Source: Cirrosporium novae-zelandiae | Lineage: Eukaryota | Assembly (NCBI GenBank): GCA_026023565.1 | Contig: JAPETS010000015.1 | Span: 62,001 to 126,000 of the forward strand | DNA: 64,000 nt | Reading direction: 5' to 3' | In this document: in pieces, positions 15,721 through 29,271 of the stretch | Position numbering within the stretch: the stretch's first letter is position 1 | How the letters are laid out: the number at the start of each line of letters is the position of its first letter | The notes under the pieces: model-generated | Seen by the model: only the letters and a program-made list of their open reading frames with translations | What the model was told of the DNA's origin: nothing | The model's database searches: none | Translations under genes and position numbers: made by a program

Positions 15721-16066
15721 TCTGTGAAAGCAGCGCTTAATACAGGCATTATAGTAGACTAATCAGACAATAGAATATATAATTAGTAGGTATAACATGC
15801 TATTCGTATATAGGACGTAAATAATAATAATAATTTTCGAGATATTGCTTCTATAAATATAAAAATCGAATGTTATTTTAATAAATTAAACAACGTTTTT
15901 CTTTATAAAAGTTTGGTTACGCGGTAAATCTCGTTTATACGTTTATAACATGTATATATTTGGTACGCCGTTATAATCTTTTTTTTTCTAAAAAATTTAA
16001 TTTTAAACCTTTATACAGAATAATTATTTTTATTATCGTATATACGATAAACTATTTTTTACGATA

Positions 16067-17629
16067 TAGAGAGGCTGGTCGGGTCTTTAGCCAGACCCAG
16101 TTTTTAGCCGAAAGAAACACCAATTTCCACCTTATCTCCAATTTACCCCTCAATTAATTTCTTTATATTTATTATCCCTATAATATTTTATTAATCTGTT
16201 AATAAAACAGTTAAAAAAAATTATTTCTGATTATAATAAAAATATTTTCTTAAATATCCGAGTTTTCACGGCTATATATAAGATTAATAGATTTACGCTA
16301 ATAAATCGATTTTACGATTATAATTAATTAATACGTAAATCGTATATAAAATAATAATTTTTGACCGATAATTAAAAAATTATAATAAGTAATTAATTAA
16401 AATTTCTAAATAACCGAAATTAAATGCTAATATTTAAATTCGTACGTTATTTTATTTTTTATATCGTCTAATATTTCACTGAACCAAATTCGTTTAATCA
16501 AAAATAAATAATTCGATTTATTAATCGATACGATAATATTAAAATTTTTTAAAATCGATTTTTTTCGATCGATTAAATTTATTTTATTATCGATAATATT
16601 ACCGGTTTTTTTATTTTTTTCGAACGTATTAAAATCGAATATAAAATCGAATTAGAAAAATATATAAAATATAAATAAAATAAAAATTATAATAAAAATA
16701 TATATTAATATTACTAAAATTATTAAACGTATAAATTAATAATATACGATTAAAATTATATTAAAAAATCGTAATTAGATTATTATATTAAAAACTATAT
16801 TTATTGGAAAAAAATATATTCTATATTTTATTATATTTAAAATTATTTTTTTATAATCGTTTAATTTATTAATTCGATTTTTAATATATATTATAATGTT
16901 TTTTTTAATAATTGGATGAATAATAAAATGATTATTATATAATTACGGATTATTTTTTTTTATATTTTTTCGAATAAATTTAAGGCTCGAATTTTGTTAT
17001 TTAATAGATATAATAATTATATATTTCCAGAATTTATATAATTATATTATTAAAATAACGTATAATATTTATATTTATTTTTTTCGAATTTAAAAATTCG
17101 ATTTTTCTTTTCTAAAATAATTACCCCGTTTTTTAAACGTTTTTAATCGAGTTTTTATCAATTTTTCGATATTTTTTATAATAGAAAACAGTTAAAAAAA
17201 TTAATAAAAAATTTCGACGTAATATTAAATTGAGATTTCCGGATTTTAATAAAGAAAATCGATAAATAATTCGATTAATAGAATTTTAACGAAAATTCAC
17301 TAAATATATAATTTAAATAAACGTAAATTAAAATAAATATTTTTAAACGTAATACGCGTATAAATCTAGTAATTAATTTAAATAATCGATTTGTTAATAA
17401 ATAAAATATCGAGCGCGAATTATAGAAATAGCGGAAAAAATAAAAACAGGACAAAATTAAAAAATCGGAGGAAAAAAAACCGGGAAAACCAAAATTATTT
17501 AATAAAAAATTATATGGGCCAATTCTATATAAATTAATATATAAATTGGTCGATTATACTTGAATAATTGAAATTGTAGTATTTTCGGCTAAAAGCTGGG
17601 TCTGGCTAAAGACCCGACCAGCCTCTCTA
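16067..17629. mobile_element. Tc1/mariner-superfamily DNA transposon relic (1563 bp)
   Basis: 47 bp TIR TAGAGAGGCTGGTCGGGTCTTTAGCCAGACCCAG(T/C)TTTTAGCCGAAA with one mismatch, flanked by TA on both sides (16,065-16,066 and 17,630-17,631). Terminal TAG is consistent with RIP-changed CAG. Transposase not readable. Confidence 0.8.
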
Positions 17630-17899
17630 TATAAAAAGATTTAGCCAAATTTATAATTTATTAAATAGAATTTATAATATATAATTACAGCGATAAAATA
17701 AAAATAAAAAATAATAATAATAATAATATTAAATTATTGTATTAATAAATAATATAAATTAAATAATAATAAATATTATGAAAAACGTAAATTTCGTAGT
17801 TTAATATATTATAATATTAATATTATTATTATATATTTTATTTATATTTAAATAATAAATTTTTTTTATAATTCTTTTTTATATTTTTTCTAATTTTTT

Positions 17900-19540
17900 A
17901 TTTTTTATTTATTTTATATTTATTTTATTTATAATTTTTGATTGTGTTTCTTATTTTTTAATTTTAATTATTATTTTATTTTTTAATATTTTATTTTATA
18001 ATTATAGTTTCCCGATTTTTTATTATCCGTGAATTTGTCGTAAATAAAGCGTTAATTATTTTTTTGAAAAAAATTAATTCTATTATTAAAAATAAAAATA
18101 ACGATTTATTTCGTTATTTTAATAATCTTTTTAATTTTTTCTATCGTATTATTAAATCGAGCCGTAGGCGAATATACCGTTAATATTAGAAACATATCCG
18201 TCGTATAATTCGGCATAATAAAAATAATAGGTTAAATCCAATATATATAATTAAACCGGATTATCGGAAATATAATTATTATATAAAATTAAAATATATT
18301 TATATTTTTAATTTTCGGCTGGAATCGACTCGTTATTTAACGGATTTGATAAATAAAATTTTAGAATCGTTTACTAAATATATTTATACGTTAAATTTAA
18401 ATATATAAAATATTTTAAAATATTCATATATTTTTTCTACGGTTCTTATTGATTGTTTTATTTTTTTTAAAAAGATATTATTTTGGCTCAGTTTATATAT
18501 ACCGTCCGCGTAAATATTAATATATATTATACCGTAATAAATATATTTTTCTTCTTTTATATTTATATTTTTAATATTTGTAATATAATCTGTTTTCCTT
18601 TATTTAGTCAGTGTAAAACTAGACCGAAAATATTTAATAATTTTCTATATTTTCCCGCGGCGGTTTTTTTATTACTTCTATTTTTATTTCTATTTAATAA
18701 AAAAAAAATTTCGTGATAATAAAATGATAAAAGATATAAATAAGAAAATCAAAATTTTAATATATTTCGTATAAATAACGGTAATAAATAATATATTTCG
18801 GATTTATATATTTCTATTATATAAGTGCGACTTTTTTACGAGTATTCCGTTTTTATTATATATTTTATTTTCGATAGAAATATTATTTTATTTTCCGTAA
18901 TTCTTTTTAAATTTGTTTTTTTTTCTATATTTTTTAATATTTTTTTAGAAATGTTCAAAATCTTTTTTTATTATTAATTACTTTATTTTTCGTTGTATCC
19001 TTTCTATTTTATTAGGAATTCTCGTATTTTTTTACGGACGCGTTCGTTTAATATATGATTATTCGGGATTTTAAACCGAAATATATCTCTCCTAATTATA
19101 TCGTAAAATCGTCGGTTTTTGAAATCTGGTATATTTTTTCCTTGATTACGGGAAACATACGTATTATTATATATTTAATCGTTTATTCGATTAAAATATT
19201 CCTGTTATTAATCTGTTTTTTTTTAGAATTCTTTCCCCCCTGTAAAGTTTTTCGACGCCGTTTTTTATTTAATTATTTTTTTTTAAAATAAAAATTATAA
19301 TATCGAAGCGCTAGATTTTATTATAAAAATTTGCCCCGATTCGTTCGATTCGTTTTTTAAACGCTGTCGTTTTTTTATATTCGTTTAATTCTCGCTGGCG
19401 GTATATATTTTTTTAGTCCCTAATCTTTCCCCGCTGGTGCTAGATTCTATAGACTTTAAATAAACGTTAAATATTTCGTATGATAGTCGTTACAATAATG
19501 AATCGATTTAGTGGCGTAGGGTCACCCGATCTCCCACAGT
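17900..19540 (-). mobile_element. Inverted copy of the putative LINE 5' region
   Basis: 19,050-19,525 is the reverse complement of about 20,610-21,065 (GGTGACCC..GCCAC.AAATC.ATT.ATTATTGT.ACGAC). Left boundary uncertain. Confidence 0.6.
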
Positions 19541-19544
19541 AATT

Positions 19545-20555
19545 TTATATATAATGATTATATAAAAAATATAGATTTTAATATTTTTAAAAAAAACCGA
19601 AAAAAATTTAATGAACCAAATATTATTTATAATATTAAAAATAAAAAATATAAATATTTAATTGAAAAAATAATTGTTAAAAATTTTTTAATAAATTTAA
19701 AAAATTAAATAAAAATATATTAAATTAATATTTAATTATAACGATAATCTAAAAAAAATTATAAATTTAAATTCTAAAATCGAAAATATCCAAATAATCG
19801 AAAAAATAGATTTTTAAAAAAAAAAATAATATTTCCTAAATAATAAAATTTTAACGAAATATTAATATAAAATTAGAAAAACGTATATTAATCGAATAAA
19901 TTTAAATTAAACGATCGCAAAATAAAAACGGGGATAATCTAAAAAATAGCCGAAAAAACCCTGTAAATAATACGGAAATATTATTTCGGTCAAAATAAAA
20001 AAATATTCGATGTAAAATTTTAAAAAATATAAACGGCTTTAAAAATAACGATTAAAACAAATTTAAATATATAAATAATTCTTAAAAAAATAATATTATT
20101 ATTATTTAATTCGTAAACAGCGATTAAATAAATCGAAAAAAAAAATAAAAAAAAAACTAAATAATTATATAAATAATATATAAATATATTAAATATTTAA
20201 TTAATTAAAAAACGAAAATCGCGATTAAATAAATTTTAAAATAATAAATTAAACGATTAAAATAAATATAATATTAAAAAATGATAAAATAATTAAATAA
20301 ATTTTATTAATTTATATAATCTATAATATAAGCAAAAAATAAATTATAAAAACGTATAATTAATTATATAATTAAAAAATAAAAAAATTATCCGATAAAT
20401 TTTATTAAATACACCTAAAATATAAAAGAAATCGGGTATTAAAATATATATCGAAAAAACTGGTAAATAAATTCTATTAATTAAAAACGGGGTACGCCGT
20501 TACTGGGGATTATATATTAAAATATTTTTTATTTAATATTAATATGCCCGCGCTA
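19545..20555 (+). mobile_element. Internal LINE fragment (RNase H region)
   Basis: Collinear with about 6250-7340 and 24,150-25,220. Confidence 0.75.
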
Positions 20556-20609
20556 ATCATCATCATCCTTCAGATCAAATTTTATAAAAATTCTCAAAAG
20601 ATTCGTTTT

Positions 20610-23600
20610 GGTGACCCCGGGCCACCAAATCAATTTATTATTGTGACGACCGTTATATTAAATATTTAACGCTTATTTAAGGTTTATAAAACCTAGTAAT
20701 AATAAAAAAAAATCGGGAATTATAAAAATATATACCGTCAACGAAATTTAGACGGATACGAAAAAACGATAACGTTTAAAAAACGAATGGAACGAATTAA
20801 AATAAAATTTTACGATAAAATCTAACGATTTAATGTTATAATCCCCGTTTTAAAAAAAAAATAATTAAACGGAAAAACGCCGTCGAAAAATCTTACGAAA
20901 AAATAAAAATTTAAAAAAAAAATAGATTAATATTTAAAATATTTTAATTAAATAAACAATTAAATATACGGTAATATATATATTTTCCGTAATCGGAAAA
21001 AAAAATTATTAGATTTTATAATATAATTACGGAAAATATTTTTCGGTTTTAAAACCCGAATAATCGTTTTAAAAACACGAAACGATAGAATTAAAAAATT
21101 TAAAAAAAAAATTAAAAAAAATTATATATTATTAAATATAAATTTTTAATAATTAAAAAAAAAATTATAATAACGATTTAAATATTATAAATCCGGATAA
21201 AAACCGTAAAAACCGTTTATAACGAAATAAAAAATTCTATAAATAAAAATCATATAACCCTGATTATTAAATCCGAACGAATAATAAAAAAAAAATATAA
21301 TATTTTTTTTAATAATATCCCGAACGGAAATAATAATCGAATCGTAAATACTAAATATGTAAACAACGATCTAAACGAATAAAACAATTTAGAAAATATT
21401 TTAATAAACGACAAAAATAATCGGATAAAAAATCCTATTGTTAATATTTAAAACCCCGAAATAGATTTTTATAAAATAAATATTAAAAATTATTAGAATT
21501 ATTTATATAAAAATAACTAATAAAATAATAAATAATTAAACCCCGAAAACGGGAACGTATTCGTTCCGCAGACGGGAATATAAAATATAAAAATTAAAAA
21601 ATACTGATTTTAAATAAAAAAAACAATCTAAAAACTATATTTGATAAAAAAATACCGCCAAAAATGGATACAAACCGGATTTTTATTAAAAAAATATATT
21701 ATTTTAATTAAAATAAAATTCCCGTTTATAATATATAAAAAATAAAAAACCGAAAACTATTATTTAATAAAACATAGATTTCGATATACCCGATAATTTA
21801 CGTTAAAAATAAATAAAATATATTTAAAATACGTTTAATTAAAATATAAATTATTCCTAGAATATAAAAATAAATCCCCGAAATATATAATATACGCGGA
21901 AATATACGAAATATAAAATTACTAGTATTAGATAATAAAATATAAATTTATCTATTCGGGGATTTATATATATATTCCGTTAAAATATATAAATTATTTA
22001 AATTTTTATATAATCACGAACGGAAAATATCTAGCGGCCCGAAAAATAAAAATAGAATATACGAAAAAAAAATAAATTTACAGAACTCTAATTAAAAACT
22101 AAAAATCCCCGAATTAATCCCGGAAAAAATAAAAAAAAAACGTAAATAACGACCGAAATATTAATAATATCGAAAATACCAGTAATATTCGTACCGTAAA
22201 TAAATAGTGATATATTTAAATTTTAAATAAAAATATTATAATATAATTATTATAAAAAATACGATATAACGATTATAATTTTAAAATTAATTATATAAAT
22301 CGAAACGAATATAATATTATTATAAAAATCTAATTAAAAATTAAAAAGAAATATATTATATCCAGCGTAAAATTTTTATTAGCCCGAATTAAAAATCTAA
22401 ATAAAATAATATTAATAAAAAATTATTATTTAATTAAAAATTATTTTAAATAAATATATAAAACCGAAATAAATATAGGTTTAATTAAAGATTTAATAAA
22501 ATTCTGAATATATTATTAAAAAATACGAATATTACGTAATATTTAAAAAAACGAAATAAAAACGCCGAATTTATAAAAAAATTAAAACGATATTTAAAAA
22601 ATTTATAAAATTAATTAAAATTAAAAAAAAAAAAAAAAACGATTTTTTCTAAATATATATAAAAAAAACGATTTAAATAAATTTTTAAATCCCAAAAAAA
22701 TATAATATAAATAAAAAATATTAAAATATTATAAATTTAAAAACCGAAACCCGATATTAGTATTCCGTATAAAAAATAAAAGAATAACGATAGAAATTAA
22801 AAATAAAAATTTTTTTATATAAAAATGAGTTTTTCCGTTATTTCTAAAAAATCCTGAATTTCGGTTTTTAATAAAGAAAATATTCGTTCAATAATTATTT
22901 AAAAAAATAATACGAAAAATATTATATATATAAAATACAAATAAAATTTTAAAATATAATAAAATTTAATTTAGAACGTTATATATATTATAATAATAGA
23001 ATTTTAATAAAATAATAAAAATAATCCGATATTATTTTTAATTAAAATATTATCCGATATAATAAAAATATATTCGGAAAATATTATTATTTAAATTTAG
23101 AAAAACTAATAAAATATTAATTAAAAATTATAAAATAATAAATTTATTATATTATTTAAATAAAATAATCGAAAAAATCGCAATTAATATACTAACGGAA
23201 ATATATAAAAATCTAAATAAATTATATAAAAATTAATTTAAATCGAAATATAATCGAAATATAATCGATATATTTACGTATTTAATATATTAAATAAAAA
23301 AAAATTTAATTAAAAATAAATAATTTATATTTTATTTATAAATATTAAAAAAACGTTTAATTATATATTATAATTCAGATTAATACGACGTTTAAAATAA
23401 TTAAAAATCGATAAAAATATTATTAAATAAATAGCCAGTTTTATAATCTAACGAAATATTAAATTAGTGATCGATAAAGAAATATAATCCCGAATTAATA
23501 TAGAAACGAGGGTATTATAAAGATTATTTATATCCCTAATATTATTCTTAATATATTGCAGCGGGCTATTCGTAGCCGTAGAATAAATAATTTCTAAAAT

Positions 23601-25250
23601 CAAAATTCTATTATTCGTGGACGACGTGAGTTTCTCGACCACCTATATAAATAATAAATAAGCCTGGAAAACCATCTAATAAGTAACGAAAGCGGCGGTT
23701 TAATAAAAAAAAAATAAACTAAAATTTGACGCCTAAAAAACTAAAATTATAGTTTTTTCTAAATTACGAAAATACCAAATTTGGGTAAATATTAAACCGA
23801 AAAGTAGGGTCGATAATTATTTAATTGAATATAAAAAAAATTACGTACGGTAATTAAATATATAATTAAATTTATTACGTTTAATATTTAATTAAAATTA
23901 AATACGTAAAAAACGTAATTAAATATATATATTACTGAAACGAATTATTTATAAAATTTACGCGCTAAATAATAATAACGATTATAATATTAATTTATAT
24001 ATACGGAAATAAAATCTAATAGAAAAAACAAACTAGATATCAAATAAAATTTTAAAAATTATTAAATAAATTCGCGAAATTAATAATTAGAATTTATAAA
24101 ATAATTCTAATAATAACGATTATATAAAAAATCTATATATATTTTATAAATATAATATTAAATACCGCGTAAAAAAAATACGGGTTTCGGTATTTCTAAA
24201 AAACCGAAAAAAATTTAACGAATTTAATATTATTTATAATATTAAAAATAAAAAACGCGAATATTTAATTAAAAAAATAATCGTTAGAAAATTTTTAATA
24301 AATTTAGAAAATTAAAAAAAATACGTTAAATTAATATTTAATTATAACGATTATTTAAAAAATAATAAATCTCAATTTTAGAATCAAAAAAATCTAAATA
24401 ATTAAAAAAAAAAATAATATTTTTCGAATAATAAATTTTTAACGAAACGCTAATATAGAATTAGAAAAACGTATATTAATTAAATAAATTTAGATTAAAC
24501 GATCGCAAAATAGGAGCGGGGGTAATTTAAAAAATAATCGAAAATTTTTTATAGATAATACGGAAATATTATCTTAATTAAAATAAAAAAATATTCAATA
24601 TAAAATTTTGGGGGATATAAACGGTTTTAAAAATAATAATTAAAATAGATCTAAATATTTAAATAATTTCCGAAAAGAAAATAGTAATATTACTCGATTC
24701 GTAAACGGCGATCAAATAAATTAAAAACAAAAATTAAAAAAAAATTAAATAATTATATAAATAATATATAAATATATTAAATATTTAATTAATTAAAAAA
24801 CGAAAATCGTAATTAAATAAATTTTAAAATATTATAAAATATTTAAAAACGAAATAATAAATTAAATAATTAAAATAAATATAAAATTAAAAAATAATAA
24901 AATAATCGAATAAATTTCGTTAATTTATATAATCCGTAATATAACTGAAAAACGTATTATAAAAACGTATAATTAATTACGTAATTAAAAAATAAAATAA
25001 TTATTTGATAAATTTTATAAAATATAAAAAAAATAGAAAAAAAATCGGATATTAAAATATATATTTAAAAAATTAATAAATAAATTTTATTAATTAAAAA
25101 TAAAATACACCGCTACCGGAAAATATATATATCGTACGAAAATTATTATTATTCTGGAATATTAATAATATAAAACTTTATATTAAAATATTTTTTATTT
25201 AATATTAATATACCCGCGCCAAAAAACGGTTAAAACCCGTTTATAAAAAA
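20610..25250 (+). mobile_element. Tad1-like LINE copy B, internally deleted and RIP-inactivated
   Basis: Collinear with copy A. Retains the intact catalytic codons TTC GTG GAC GAC GTG (FVDDV) near 23,614-23,628. Lacks the segment corresponding to about 3810-4530 of copy A. Confidence 0.85.
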
Positions 25251-25254
25251 TAAT

Positions 25255-26925
25255 AGAGCGGCGATCAGGCGGATCGAAAGAGGGGGATTAGGGGGGGGCC
25301 AAGCGATCGTACAGGCGATATATAGGTATACCAGACACCTAATTGACCAAGGAACGAAAATCGTGATTAGATAGGTTCCAGGGTATTATAAAATACCTAG
25401 GAACGAAATAACAGATTAAGCGGCTAAAACAGGCGCAGCGCTAAAGAATAATAAAATAGCCGAATAGATTTCGTTGGTTTATATAACCCGCAGTATAATC
25501 GAAGAACGGGTTATAAAAACGTATAATCAGCTGCGTAATTAAGAAATAAAACGATTACCCGACAGGTTTTATAAAATATATTTAAAATATAAAAAAGATC
25601 GGGTATTAGAATATACGTTTAAAAAACTGGTGGATAGACTCTATCAACTAAGAATAAAACACGCCGTTACCGGGGAATATATATACCGTACGAAAATTAT
25701 TATTATTCCAGAATATTAATAATACGGGGTTTTATATTAAAATATTTTTTATTTAATATTAATATACCCGCGCTAAAAAACGATTAGGGCCCGTTTACGG
25801 GAAATAATAGAAAAACGGAGGGATTAATAACCGAATATAATCGATAAAAAAAAACTAATATTCGTATTAAATACGTTTTTTAAATAATACGGAAATAAAA
25901 AAACCTTAGTTCTAGACCAGATACGAAAAAAAAAATCGTGAAATATATTTAGATTAAAAGTAAATAGAACCCGGATACGGAAAAAAAAAATCCAGATATA
26001 AATATTAAATAGAAACGGGGCCCGTAATAAATACGCGGAATAAACGTATACGTAAATAAAAACTGAAAAAATTAAAAATAGATATAAGCAAATTTATTTA
26101 TAGATTACGAATACCGAAATAACGCTAAAAAATTATCCGGTTAAATAAATCAGGTAATTTTAGGAAACCCAAAAAAAGGGGGAAACTATATAGCCGAATC
26201 AAGGGGTAACCCCCACCACCTTAGCTAAAAGTAAGCCCGAAAGGGGATATAAAAGGGCCTAAAAACCCCCGAGTAGAGTCTATTATAGTTTCTAAGCGAT
26301 ATATGAACATAAAACAATGAATAATCATCATTATCATTATCATATTAAAATATTTTTTATTTAATATTAATATATCCGCGATAAAAAATAATTAGAATTT
26401 ATTTACGGAAAATAATAAAAAAACGAAAAAAACGGTAATCTACTATAATTAATAAAAAAAAATTAATTTTCGTATTAAAAAACCGAAAATTTTCGAAAAA
26501 TTAAAAATCGAAAACAAATACGAATAAATTTATTTATAAAATTCGGATACCAAAATAACGTTAAAAATTATTTGATTAAATAAATTAAATAATTCTAAAA
26601 AACCAAAAAAAAAAAGATTATATAATCGAATTAGAAAAATTAGTCTCTATTATTTTAATTAAAAATAAACCCGAAAAAGGATATAAAAAAATCTAAAACC
26701 CCTAAATAAAGTCCGTTATAGTTTCTAAACGATATATAGATATAAAATAATAAATAATTATTATTATTATAATTAAATAATTTCAGCAAATCTAAATCGA
26801 AGAAAAGATTATATAATTAAATTAAAAATAAGCCTATAAAAATATATAAAAAACCCTTAAATACAATCCGTTATAACTTCTAAGCGATATATAGATATAA
26901 AACAATGAATAATCATTATTATCAT
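25255..26925 (+). mobile_element. Three head-to-tail 5'-truncated LINE 3' ends with (CAT)n-type tails
   Basis: 25,366-25,428 reads IR*VPGYYKIPRNEITD*AAK, the RIP form of the RNase H motif WVPGHxxIPGNExADxxAK. The AAACAATGAATAATCAT.. terminus recurs near 26,310-26,343, 26,745-26,770 and 26,900-26,925. Confidence 0.8.
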
Positions 26926-26931
26926 ATGAAG

Positions 26932-27041
26932 CAATTCTATATAAATTAATATATAAATTAGTCGATTATGGTTAAATAATTAAAATTGTAGTGTTTTCGG
27001 CTAAAAGCTAGGCCTGGCTAAAGATCCGACCAGCCTCTTTA
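26932..27041. mobile_element. Solo right end of the mariner-type element
   Basis: Matches 17,520-17,629 including the TIR, and is followed by TA. Confidence 0.8.
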
Positions 27042-27054
27042 TATTTAATTAAGG

Positions 27055-27644
27055 AATTATTTATTTAATTTATTAATTAGTTATTTATATTTTTATTTTA
27101 TAAATTAAGGATTTATTGTCTATAATTATACCTCCGTTTATTTGTAATTATCGATATAATACCCGAATCAATACACGACTATTATAGCTATAAATATTAT
27201 TTTAAGGTTTGGTTTGTTTGCTGTTCTTATGATTTAAAAGTACGTATAGTCTATAAATATATAAATACACTTGTATTATAATATAAATCCCTTTTCTTTA
27301 ATAAAAGCAATTTGGTTTAGTTTCTTTTTTAGAGAATTATAAGGGTCAATAAAAATCTAAAAAATAAAAAAAATATCTATTTATCTATTTATAAAAATAT
27401 AGAATATTTAATTAATAAACTATTTATTTAATCAATCAATTAGTTATTTATATTTATATTTTATAAATTGGGGTCTACTACCTATAATTACACCCCCGTC
27501 TATTTGTTATTATCGACACAGCGCTGGAATCAATACACGACCACTATGACTACAGATATTGCCTTAGGGTTTGGTTTATTTGCTGTTCCTATGACTTGAA
27601 AGTACGTATAGTCCATGAGTATACAGACACACTCCACCATAATA
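27055..27644. repeat. Two direct ~225 bp copies whose right ends match the right end of the 370 bp element
   Basis: 27,055-27,282 aligns with 27,420-27,644. Both carry TTTG(C)TGTTC(C/T)TATGA(C/T)TT(G/A)AAAGTACGTATA, and the second ends ACACTCCACCATAATA. Confidence 0.75.
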
Positions 27645-29271
27645 GGTATTCTTATTACCACACGACGTAATTTTAAAAACGAAATAACCATTTGTACTTT
27701 GCTGACAATTAGCGTTTATATAGTATAAAATAATCCTAGGAGGATATCACACTTGCTTGAAAGTCCATGTCGCGGCTGGCGGGCCCGGAAAATCCGGAAA
27801 GTCTGCGGAAGACATTCCTCCGCCCAGAATCGGAATATGCTCCTTCAGACGTGCACAAGGGGCCCTTGTCTCGGTCATCTCTAACTATCTTTTGATCTTG
27901 AGCCTGGGCTTTCACCTGAAATTATGCTAACGGTTTACAGATAATGGTGTTCCAGTCAGTCCGGTTCAATTCAACAAGTTGTCACCATCATCGTCATGTT
28001 GAGGCCCCGCAGTTCTGAGCTGCGTTACCCAATGCAAAGGAAACTGCGTGTAAAAGATAGTTACAAATCATAGTGGTCAATATAATTTGATTCGAAGCCA
28101 AAGTTTTGCATAGATATATTAAAATGTATTGCTCGTTCTCGGGGAGAGATGAACAATGGTTGATAAACACTGTGGGAAATAGAAAAGTAAGCATGCACGC
28201 ATCTCGTCTATGAGTTCTTGATTGTTGATCATTGACCCATCCTTCTCCGTTATCTCTATACAAGATAAAGTGTATTCTTTTACCTTGCTTAGCTGAGGCT
28301 AGACCTGACTAGCCCTGACTAATGCCGGCTAAGCGAGGACCGAGGACGTAACCGTTAGACCGTTAATAGTTAGTTCCACGTGTCCTTGAGCCGTAAGTAG
28401 TAAGTAAGTTCCGACACGGACTTAGTGGGACCCTGTACGTATGATAATGTAATTAGCTATTCCATCAATACGGATAATCTGCCCTTAAGACTTAAGGCTA
28501 TATGGTTACTGCTTCATTGTGATCACCGCACCGATATATAATCATCAAAGTCTATAAAATACTTTAAATCTTGACCCAACAAAAACCAAGTCTGTTGCAG
28601 TGAAGTGGAAATCCAGTGGCTAGTTATTCTTGACTTTGCTGCATTAATTAACTTGCCCCTCGTAATCAACCTACTACGAAAGTATATTATGTTTATAATT
28701 CCGACAGTTGGAGCCAAAATGGCCCTTCACCACAGCAAAGTTGATTGCAGAATACGACTTTTTCCGGTCACTTGTCAACCACCGTTCATGCTGTGACGCC
28801 TACTAAGCTAGATTTCATTCTTTTCGCCCGTGATTGCCCTTCCATACGCCACCATGTAGGTCGCCCCGAACTCTCTGCCTGTTCCTTACGCCTACTTCAA
28901 TTAGACACAGTGCCCATAACCCTATCAAGGTTTGGTAAAAAAAACCACTTCAACCTCATCCATCCCAGTTCAGGCACTACATCTCAGCTTCCTTGCGGGA
29001 GAGATCAGTTCATCAGAGAGGATATGGATCCCCCCAGCAGAGATATTCATGTCATAGTGGGCCAGGATCGCCCTACCGCATGGCCCCTTTTCCCGGATTT
29101 CAAGCAATTAGTCCGCTCCTGAGATCCCATATCTTTATCTCAGGACCCAATGGGTTCTATTCGGGGCTGCCGTTCTTTTTGAAATTCTCCTTGTTCGCTG
29201 TTTTGACCCTATCTCGCATTAGATATATTTTCTCTCTGGATTCAGATTTACCTGCCTATAGGACAGCTACC

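Larger units (their letters stand above)
1..27650. other. AT-rich RIP-degenerated transposon block (heterochromatin-like isochore)
   Basis: Very high A+T, abundant TpA, scarce CpA/TpG, and no long ORFs. Paralogous copies differ mostly by C>T and G>A transitions. Abrupt switch to normal composition near 27,650-27,750. Confidence 0.95.

Noticed and set aside
423..19291. Short I/F/N/K/Y-rich ORFs in the AT block (423, 9751, 15,960, 18,483, 19,055)
   Set aside because: Compositional artefacts of AT-rich degenerate repeats.
5531..23642. Three similar 64-aa ORFs (5531-5725, 7869-8063, 23,448-23,642) that look like a small gene family
   Set aside because: They are antisense frames of the LINE RT core; the opposite strand carries the GVPQGS/FVDD motifs.
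1..27650. Mitochondrial DNA/NUMT or contamination from an AT-rich organism
   Set aside because: No rRNA, tRNA or respiratory genes recognisable. The content is transition-mutated transposon copies contiguous with nuclear genes.
27994..29270. ORFs of 63-145 aa upstream of the PTH11-like gene
   Set aside because: Overlapping, no motifs, mostly non-ATG starts; probably promoter or 5' UTR.
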